Assembly (NCBI GenBank): GCA_000934665.2
Contig: KZ538403.1
Coordinates: 1 to 64,000 of the forward strand
DNA length: 64,000 bases
Direction: 5' to 3'
Source of the DNA: Catajapyx aquilonaris
Taxonomy: Eukaryota
The translations under genes were made by a program, and so were the position numbers. The notes beneath the pieces are model-generated. The model saw only the letters and a list, made by a program, of their open reading frames with translations. It made no database searches and had not been told where the DNA came from. Positions 42,690 through 52,200 of this stretch are shown here, one piece after another; within the stretch, counting starts at the first letter, position 1; every line of letters starts with the position of its first letter.

Positions 42690-42753
42690 CTGATGGGAAT
42701 CAAACAATATTGTTGAAAAAATTGAAGTTTATAACATGCTTAATAACTCGATT

Positions 42754-43063
42754 ACTCTTTTTAAAAATTCGAGTTAAAATGTCACTCAAAAAGGATCAAT
42801 TTCTCAAAATGCTCTTTTTGAGCGAATTTCCCTCGGCAAAGATTTACTTTAACTCAAATCCTGTGGAATATTACTTGAAAGTATAGTTAAAATAAGCGAG
42901 ACAGTACTCCTTCAGTGAGTGAAATTATTACTCATTCTGAGTGAAAATCACTCAAGAAATCGAGTAGTTTTCACTCAAAACGAGTGGAATTCAAATCAAG
43001 TGGAAGAATTAAGAGTGGAAATCACTCAAATCCAGTGGAAAAATACTCGAAAATATTTAGAGC
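42754..43063. mobile_element. Probable non-autonomous foldback/MITE-like remnant built from GAGT-N7-9-ACTC palindromic subunits
   Basis: Units at 42771, 42820, 42917, 42939, 42962, 42982, 43013 and 43033, mostly 20-23 bp apart in the right half. The ends are loosely inverted (ACTCT..AAAAATTCGAGT / ACTCGAAAATATTTAGAGC). No target-site duplication was identified. Confidence 0.5.
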
Positions 43064-44059
43064 TTTCACTCGAGCGTATGTAACAAATGACTTAGTCGAC
43101 TTAACTGTGATGTCACTTAGTTGAAACGAAGCGCGTCGAGTTAGGCAACAATATGTTGCGAATTCAGGCGCAAGTGAATAATAGTTGGATCAGATCGGAT
43201 AGTACCGGTGTGCACTTGGGATCAAGCAGAACTGAAACAGCAAATAACGTGCAGGCCACTTTCGTGCAGCATATCGCAAAGATGTCATTCCAACTATGTT
43301 GAAGTTATGTCACGCATGCCAAAGCCAAGCAACTTTTGGTCGATTTTAATGGCACGTGAAAACAGCTTTTTGAATACGCGTTATTGTTAAAACGGCTCCA
43401 AGATGAGAATAAGGAACTCACAAAATGTAGTACAAGTACGTGTGAATTTAGAACGGCTACTATGGCAAAGTAATTGCATTTGCAAACGGCCGTACTGTAC
43501 TAATCCAGCCACTTTGCAATTCTTTCGTGATGGAAATTTCTCGATTTTCCCATACTTTAGCACCTGCTTTGTACAGAATGGAAAAGAACATGCTTCACAC
43601 ATTCCAAATACCACACAAAAATTAATGTTGCAGCTGGCAGGTATTGCTAGAAACATCCCTTTCAATTCATGCAAATTCGGATTATACGTATCGCTCACGG
43701 ATTCATTTCTGCGGTGCAAGACATCGGCATTAAATGTATCCTACGTACGCCGGTATATCAACTGACGCAATCCCCCCGAATATTCTCGACTTGTCTTGAA
43801 AAATTCAAGACGGAAAAACAAGCTTTTTGCAAGTCGCGCATTTCAGCCAATCGTCTTCCGCCTCGGCTACTTCGCTCTCTATTAGGAACCGCCGTAAAAC
43901 TCAAGCGAAACAAGTTGCACGCAATCCTCGTAACATCCCCGCAATTATATGCACAAACTTGTTTTTCAACTGCATTCTACATGCCAACAAATATACAGCT
44001 ATTTCGTTGTTAAATATAGCAAAAATGTTGCCAACTGAACCTTCAACCTTGTTGTGCGT

Positions 44060-44217
44060 ATTATTATGCATTTTGGTACATAAAATAATTCAGTGACTAA
44101 TGCAGTGAAATGCATTTTGGTGCATAAAATGGCCATCGAAGTCCATTTTCTTATATAGCTTATGCACGCAGTATAATCATGCACCTATGTAATAATGCGC
44201 ATAACAAATTTTTAGTG
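44060..44217. repeat. Degenerate array of ATGCA...TGCAT palindromic subunits, possible repeat remnant
   Basis: ATGCATTTTGGTACATAAAAT (44066) and ATGCATTTTGGTGCATAAAAT (44110) differ at one base; further ATGCA/GCAT units follow; a similar unit ATGCATTTCAGTGCATAA occurs at 413. Confidence 0.45.
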
Positions 44218-45567
44218 ATAGAAAAATGACTTAACTGACCTTATGGGAACGGGACCCATTGTGTCTATGCAAGAGCAGAGATTAATCTGAACTGCGCGCA
44301 GGCAAATGAGGATGTGTGTATATCCAACTAGTACAAGAGCTGGACCTCCGGAGTGACTTATCGAAACCCAGGAAGTTAAGTGTTCATATAGTTGTTGTAC
44401 ACTACACATACGTCACTGATTACATAGCCGGGAAGATAGCTAGCTCCGGAAAAAAATAACAACGCGATCCCATTTCCACTGAGGTATTATCTCATGGCCG
44501 CGGTTGTCGAATTAGGCCTAAATCGACGTAACTCGAGCACGTAATCCGTTCTTAACAGGCGCAAAAATCTTTCAGCATCGCCATTTTCACCCTTCAGATA
44601 AGATGCCTTGCATAAACCAATTTGCACGCTGGCAAAATGTGGAAAAAAAGGTACCTTCAATATAACGAGGCACTAATTTGCTCCGACCTCGCAAGATTTC
44701 CAGTGCTATGCGACAAAATCTTGACAGCAACTGCTCTATACCAGGAATTCTACTTTCGTGGAACTTGTCCGTAAACAGATTAATATGCGTCTCACGCTGT
44801 CACCCTTCTTCTTTTTTTCACTCTCCAGACTCAACCCGCTTCATATTATTATTTGAGAAACGTGATTGATCTACGAAATAAAACCTGGTATGACGGACGG
44901 TTGAAGCCACCCTATACCCCCTACTCTTTTATACCCCCTAACTACTCGGTGCCGGTAATTAGCATGACAAAGGTTAACCCAAGGAAGGCGAGCACGTGAC
45001 CGCATCAGAGCCAGCCCTGCGAGCACTAATGATTCCTCCAAATTCGGTTGTAATCGAGCGTGAAGGAACCGAGCAACCGATGGATGGTGGGGGTATTCTG
45101 CAGGACACACCGGCGGATTCAAATGAACATGTCACCTTTTTTCGGAGGGTGATGTGAAAAATGATCCGGAGGAAAGGTCCAAATTAATCCGGGGGGGTTT
45201 TGATTGTAATGACCGATTTTTTGGGAGGAGGGTGGGGGATCAATCAATATGGACGATTGGTATCCGTCGGTTATGTGTGAGATAGCGGGTTATGCAGCCC
45301 ACACACAAGGACGGTGGCCATCAATCTTGGTCATCCGGTGCTTCGAGTTAATCAGAGGAAAAAAAAAGTTTATTTTTTATATACTTTCCATCACTTGGTG
45401 GACTCGATGGGTGTCCTTGTGATGGGTAATAAGAAAAGCACCGGTGGGCAGGTAATTACTGAAGACCAATCTGCTGTTGTGGATATACAATCGGAATGAG
45501 AGGGTTTTACGCGGATGCTGACTCACGACTCAATTTTTGGATAGCATCTTTACCCTGTGGGATGGGT

Positions 45568-45987
45568 GCCATCTTCATGAGGCAACTGGCCGCCATCTTA
45601 TTACAAGAGTTATGCAAAAAAAAAAATGGCTGTCAGGTCACTGGCTGGCTGACAAAATGGGCAGTTCCCTCTCCCACGCACCAGAGGCGCTACCTCCACC
45701 CGATTGCGCATGCGCAGGACGTGGCGTAGCGGTAACAATATGCAGCGGACCAATCAGAATGCTTATACCGGAATTTCAATATTATAAATTATTTTCAATG
45801 AAAAATGGATAATTTGTAGGAAACGCTGATGCTGATGGTGGTCCAAATCATTTTTTAAAAACACAACACTAACCATTTGCTACATTGATAACAATCAAGA
45901 GGAAGAGGTGTGACTGCTGGCATGTTATCTACCAATCAGACCCCCAGAATTTGAAACCACAAAATCAGTTCAGGGCGCCATCTATTC
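45568..45987. promoter_or_regulatory. Candidate regulatory element in intron A-B: three YY1/Pho cores, perfect NRF1/EWG palindrome, two CCAAT boxes, CTCF-like core
   Basis: GCCATCTT at 45568 and 45592; AAAATGGC at 45623; TGCGCATGCGCA at 45705-45716; ACCAATCAGA with CCAAT at 45750 and 45932; GCGCCATCTA at 45975. Confidence 0.45.
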
Positions 45988-46100
45988 AATCAAAAAAACG
46001 ACAACTGTGTCCCATCTTTTCTTTCCATCCTCTCTTAGTAGTTTTCCTTAACTCGGTTGCCATCTAACTCCACGGTTGTTTGCTGAGAAAACAATCGTAC

Positions 46101-46230
46101 CTTGAGGACTGTTGGGCTCCTTGTCTGCCTCGTTCATTTTGGGACAGATGGCTTCCATCTTGTAGGCGGAAGCGGGTGCGGCGCCTCCTGGCGACATGCT
46201 CCCCGACAGCATCTCGCTGATGGCGAACAT
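46101..46230 (-). CDS. cas: Coding exon A (probable first coding exon) of a castor/CASZ1-like transcription factor: MFAISEMLSGSMSPGGAAPASAYKMEAICPKMNEADKEPNSPQ(G)
   Basis: GC-rich, codon-like island. Upstream acceptor with long pyrimidine tract (cctttctttctctttctttttggcccccccttgcag| exon starts 46284). First in-frame ATG at 46230. Donor CAAG|GTACGA at 46101/46100 is phase 1 and matches the phase-1 acceptor of exon B. The start codon is uncertain because the frame is open back to the acceptor and there are several downstream Mets. Confidence 0.65.
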
Positions 46231-46284
46231 AATGTCGGCATCGGATGGTGTAGTAACTGCGCTATCTCGCCATCTTGTGTTTTT
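46231..46284 (-). other. 5' part of exon A (probable 5'UTR), containing a 3-codon uORF ATG GCG AGA TAG (46273-46262)
   Basis: Lies between the strong acceptor at 46285 and the first in-frame ATG at 46230; an out-of-frame ATG is followed by a stop after two more codons. Confidence 0.5.
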
Positions 46285-49200
46285 CTGCAAGGGGGGGCCA
46301 AAAAGAAAGAGAAAGAAAGGATTAGTTTTTTTTGTGTAAATATAACGAGGCTTAATCTTTGTCTTATTATTCAAAAAAAAAATCTTTTCACTTGCCAGAT
46401 TTTCAATGCGACTGACAAAAGTACTAATCAAGATCCCCCTGGTGGGTTTCGATCAGAATCGTGGATTGAAGTCCTCATTGAGAATTCCGAAAGGACGTTT
46501 GAGGCCCATCCCCTAACAAAAGGGAGGAGGGGGAATAAAAAGAGCCTAGTCACACTTATCACGGTCATACATGATTGCGTCGCTAAGAATGTGCATGACT
46601 ATTGGTTATTTTTTTTCATCACTATACAAAAAAAAGTTGCTAAGTTGGACATGTTTGGAATGATCCCTGACGCCATTTAAACTCATTACCAGGAACTAAT
46701 TCCATTCCCTCTGAAAGTGGGAGCCATTTTCGGGGCTCTCAGCACCAGCAATTTTTCAGGAGGATAACTTGGAAAATGTTTTGGAAAATGAATATCGGGG
46801 GCGGCTCTGGTTTGGAGGAATGAAAAAAAAGAGGCAAAAGAGATGCGTTTCTGAGGCCAATTTTAACCCTGGCACGCAGGTGTTCATTTCAATCCGTGGG
46901 TGCTGGAGGGAAGAAGAAGAAGAACCTCGGAAAAAGAAATTCCAGACCTGCCCTGAAGCTCCCAAAAATAAGGTAACTTACAAGTTATGAACGCCACCAG
47001 TTGTAAAAACTCCTAAAAAAATTAAAAATAAGTATGGTACATGTATGGATAAGAAGAAAAAGAAGCAACCGCCCCGCCACACCCAAACATGATGAATAAC
47101 AAGTTGCTCTCAGGTAATTTATAACTTTCGTGGGGAAAGATCCTTATTTCTTTTATAACCTAAGCATCCCCCTTTTTTTCTCCCTATCCACCCACCACCT
47201 CACCAATTACAAGAAGATCGGAACCATGAAAAGGAGTTCAGAAAACGGCAATAAATCCGGAGGGAGATGGCTTCGAAGTGTTGGTTGGGCTGTATTTGCA
47301 GTTTATCATCCAACTGAAGGCTCATTTTCCCTGGAAATTTCCAAGATAGGGGACACACACGTGGGTATACTTACTGGAGCTGATTAGAATTAAGGTAATG
47401 AATACCTATGCATATCATTAAAGGGGCTGCCGTATATCCCATTTCACACCGGTCCAAAAAAAATGGGTTAAAAATGCTAAGAGAACCAATATATTTTCAC
47501 GATTATTTTTTTTGATGATACATTGCACGTTCAAAAAGACCGCGGTGGTTTAAATAAATTTTTTGGCTTATATGAATCATCGTAAAAATGTGTCACACCC
47601 GAGCTAGGAGCATCACGCATTGTTGGCTTGGAGAAGAAAAAAAAACTGTAAAAACTCATTTCAAGCCCTGGGAGTGCAACTTACACGCACACCTGCCTAG
47701 CGTGAACATTTCGCAGTTTACAACTTCCCTGGCCATTTTGGCCCCGCAAAAATAATTCCTCAAAAAATTTTCTTAAAAACCCCGCTGGGAAAATGCGATA
47801 ATGGGCGCATTCTTCAAGTTTCCGGAGGGGAAACACGTACTCACATTCACACAACCTGGAGCAAAAAAAAACATACTGAAAAAAACTCTACACACACATG
47901 AAGCACTGGCCATTTTTTTACGGATAAAAAACAGAGAGGGCTATACACCACAACAATCGAGCTTGGTTGTACCCCAACATCCGACACTTATTCAGAAAGT
48001 TGGCAGTACCAAATGAGAAACTACCGCTTTTTAATATTTTGAAAGGTGCATTTATGCAAAGTACATACATAGGCTGGCTTCTATGTACACATGCAATATG
48101 ATACATAGGCCATTTGAGGGGAGGGGACTGGTGAAAACAGCACATTAGCGCTGCTGGCTATCAGGGAACAACCATCAGGGGCCATTTCCTGTAGAAGCGA
48201 AAATCTCCCCCCATCGTCCCTATCAACGCACGCTATATATCCCCCCCCCCTCCCACCCACCCAAAACCCCCCCACTGTTAAAAACCCACCCAAAGGGTCT
48301 CGTAATTTACATACTTATATTCAAATCACGTCCTTTGATACATTTGCACAAGCGTCAAAAATTTCATTAATATGGGCAGGCAGCCGGAATATGCGAACGC
48401 GGGGAGTGGTGGGATAGGATGGGGGGGATAGGAGGGAAGGGGGGGTAAAACGCCAGACAAAAGCCCAAGATCATCAATCACGAGCTTTTTTAACTGTTTT
48501 TGCCATGCATTCGCACCCCGAGCCAACGAGGAAAAGAGTTAAATTTATTCTCTGTTGGCTTGGAGGCTAGTTCTAGCTCAAAAGGGGTTAAGAGAAAAAC
48601 TTAGAGAACTTGAGACCAACGCATATGGGGGGACCTTTTGTGTTGTTCCGCCACCGAGTTTCCCAAGGAGTAACGTATTGATGGTTTTGGAACAATGTGG
48701 GACGTCCCAATGAATGCTGACCCATTTGATTTATTTGAATATTTTTTACTGGCTATACCGAGCTCACCTGACAAGAGATGGGTAGACAACGACCGCTTTT
48801 GTCATAGTGTCCACTTGGTAGGGGGAGGTCCAATATTTTTAAAAATAGGTCCCCCCACCACCCCACCCTGTACTCCCCTCCAATGGATGACTCGCTCTGA
48901 GAAACGCGTGCTCTCATCTTTGAAAACCGGAAAAAGCCACGCCGCTCCTCCCTAACCCATATTAATCAGCCTATTTGCATATGCACAAGCGGCCGCGTGA
49001 AATATGAGGGGGGACATCTGGCCCCCTCTTTTTTTTGGGTGGGGGGCCAGGCTTTAGCCAAATCATCTCTCTCTTTCCCCCCACCCCTATGTCGCCCACC
49101 CGCTCTTTTGCTAAACCACTTTCGCCTTCAAAACAAGGCTGGTAGTTACCCCATTATGACACCCTGTGGATTCCCCAAGAAAAGTGCTTTCTATAGGGAG

Positions 49201-52200
49201 GGGTGGGTAGGAGTAATAATTTTTGCATGTCATGTGGAATTGGGAAAGACAATGCGGGTTGGGTCCCAGTAGGTTCAATTTTTTTGAATTAGAGGCTGGG
49301 AAGTAATATGGACCCGTGTGTTTTTTTTAAAAGGCCAGTGAGGGCCAAGGTCCCCTCCCCCTTATTAATTCACAGGAGTCAACTATCAAATGAAAAGATT
49401 CGGTGGCGTTGGTTCCACACATGGCACATGTGAGTAACCTCATGTGACCCCTATTCCAACACCAGAAAAAAACAAAACAAAAAAGTATTTCACTTCCAGA
49501 CATGATGCAGACCCTGATTTCAACGCGGTTTTTATGTGCCTACACCACCCCCCTTTTGCTGTACCTCCAAAATAAATAGCTAGGGAAAAATTTCACAACT
49601 TACTTTTCAAATAGACATCACGAGATCCTATTCTGACCAGAAATGATACATTTCTTACAGTTCTGGATTTGAAACTTTGTACGTTGAAGGTCAACTTGTA
49701 ATCTATAAAGGTCAAGCGTGTCAATCGCAATACAGGGTGGCACAAGTCTACAGACAATGCTCGCCACAATGTATTTTTAGTCACCATTAATATATTCAAA
49801 TCAATGTGGCTGCGAGGTATGGTCTAGAAATGGTACCTGCTTAAAAGAGCTAAGAATAACTGTTTACAATATTCAATTTGCATAGAGCAATGACTTTGTT
49901 ACGCAAGTTATATTTATCGCGGTTATTTTTAAATATTAAGTCCATGCAGTAGAGTGGATTTATTCAAAAAGTGTCATTGTACTTTTCTTTGCAATTAAAA
50001 ACATTCACTGAAAAAATATGCGACTCCTTACTTTGTGCTCACTGGCGGTACCTGCCATTAACAATATACCTTTCTGATAACAATCAGATGTGCCCATCCA
50101 CGAGCCATAACCCTTTATTCTCGCATTATTTTTCTGTGGGTATAATTACCCCGGCGTATAAAAGTGTCCCCCAGCAATTACTCGAGTTCCAGTGGCTTGC
50201 TAAACAGTGGAATCTGCCTCCGTTGGCAAAGGCGACCAGGTGGAATTTGTCGCCACAGAAAGCCTGTTGCAATATAAATTTTCTTTTTTTTTTCTTTTTT
50301 CCAGAAGCGAGTCGTGTTTATGGAATGCAGAGCATGACACCATTCTGTTTCTAGAACCCGCAACTTCCTCCAGACACTTGTATACTTTTTGCTTGCACCA
50401 TAAAAGCGCATGCAAAAGACGGTAGCTAGCCTTTTTTATATAGATATTTTTCTGAGCTCGGCTGTTTTTTTTCGGCGAGTTTTCTCCCCAGGCCAATTTG
50501 CAGCTACTACATGTTTCCAAGGCGACATCATATCGCCAACTTCCGTTGCAGCCGCTGACCCCATGGCGGCCTCCTTAGAAAAGAGTGTTCATTCTGGCAG
50601 CTGCGAAACCCAGAGGGGGGTTCTCAATTTCCCCTCTTTTAGCACAAAAAAAACTGACGATGGCCAGTTTTGCGAGCATTTTCGCAAAGGGGTTCTCTCC
50701 CACAATAAACCCTCTCTAACATTCCAAGCTTTCTTCCCAATTTTTTTTTTGTAAGCTAACAACAGCGTCGCTCCAACTTTGACCTTCTTCACAGCCTTCA
50801 ATGGACACAAAGTTCTACCCCCCTCCCCCGAATTAGTCCGGCCTTTTGTACCGCAGTTTAAAGCTAACAATGCGCGCATTAAATCCGATTTGCAAAACTT
50901 TTGTAGCTCCAGCAAGGTCCGAGCTGTTCGAGAGAAAACGAGGTCACTCCCTAAGTCCCCCCTCAAATAAATTTTGGCCAAATTCTACGCCTTTTGTTTC
51001 GCGCAAATGGGCGTAGGTCTACATACAAGTCCTCCAGTTCCAACAAGGTGCTAAATCACTGAGAAGTCAACTGTAAAAGACTTTTTAAAATGAAGTCTAA
51101 TGTATGAAGATAAGCAGAGGGCGCAGTTTGGCAGAGGTAAAAATATGAGGCCGATTACAGTGCTGGGAAAAAAACGACTTTTTTGAAAGGTGGAGAAGGC
51201 GTTATGATTTCGCGAAAAAAAACCTACACGGCTGGAAATCGATTGAATGAATTATTTGGCGACCTGACACTATCCTAGAAAGGTAATCGCTAGGGCGTAG
51301 CGAATGAATAGACCGAATCTATACTAACATCCGTCTAAAGACAGGTGACGTACAAAAGAGCAAACGTGTACTTCAAGTGAAAAATTGTCGTATCATAGCA
51401 ACTGAAAGAATTGGGCAAAAAAATATGTTTTGTTCAGAAAAATTCGATAACTGCGCCAAATTTGCTTACATTTTTTTCACACAAAACAGGAAACGCATTG
51501 CACCTGCTTCTACTATAACATTGCGGTTTCCTTTGTTCCATAATACCACCCCAATGTATTTTTTCCCCGCTCATTTAAAATTTTCGGCACAAAAGCCAGG
51601 CATTTATTTTAGAACCGGAAGAACAAGACAGGGAGAAAAAAAGGGGTTGTCTGAATGACACAAGGAGCCATCTTGACACGGTTGCAGGAGGATGCCATAA
51701 AGTAGGAGGTTCGGCCATTAGCGTGTTGCAAGGATTAGGACGAAATGGGAGAAGAGAAGGGGAACCCCGAAAAAAGGGTGAGTTACAGGCTAGGTCTAGA
51801 CCCACACAAATTTTTTTCCGGAAAAAAATTGTTCAGAAAAAAAAAATTATGTGAGAAACACCGGTGGTGGGCAGATATGATTTGAAAATTGATCCTTTAG
51901 GGGGTTCACTATACACACCGGTCGGTTTTGAGATTGATTAATCACTTCATTATTCAACAACAAACCACTCGGCGGCTGCGAAACACTGCCCATTTACATC
52001 CCCGGGTCTAATGAAAGGCCTCCGGTTTACCTTATACATGATGAAAAAGCACTACTCAATCATACTCAGCCTGTGCTATAAAAAGGTGTGATCTATCGCC
52101 TGTGTCAAGAAAAAAATATACTAACGATAGTATTCATNAATGAATTCCTGAATGAACCTTACTGGGAACGGATCGCACGACCTGATGCTGACGCCTTCGA

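Larger units (their letters stand above)
42690..46100 (-). other. Intron (3,411 bp) between exons A and B
   Basis: GTACGA...CATCAG boundaries, both phase 1. Confidence 0.65.

Noticed and set aside
41795..42886. Plus-strand ORFs of 202 aa and 156 aa
   Set aside because: Antisense shadows of GC-rich exon B; their Ser-rich content simply mirrors its Glu/Asp codons.
42754..43063. Possible CRISPR-like repeat array
   Set aside because: Eukaryotic intron, degenerate 15-17-bp units with 5-8-bp spacers, and no cas genes.
46102..46680. 192-aa plus-strand ORF
   Set aside because: Partly antisense to exon A, then runs through homopolymer-rich intron; non-ATG start.
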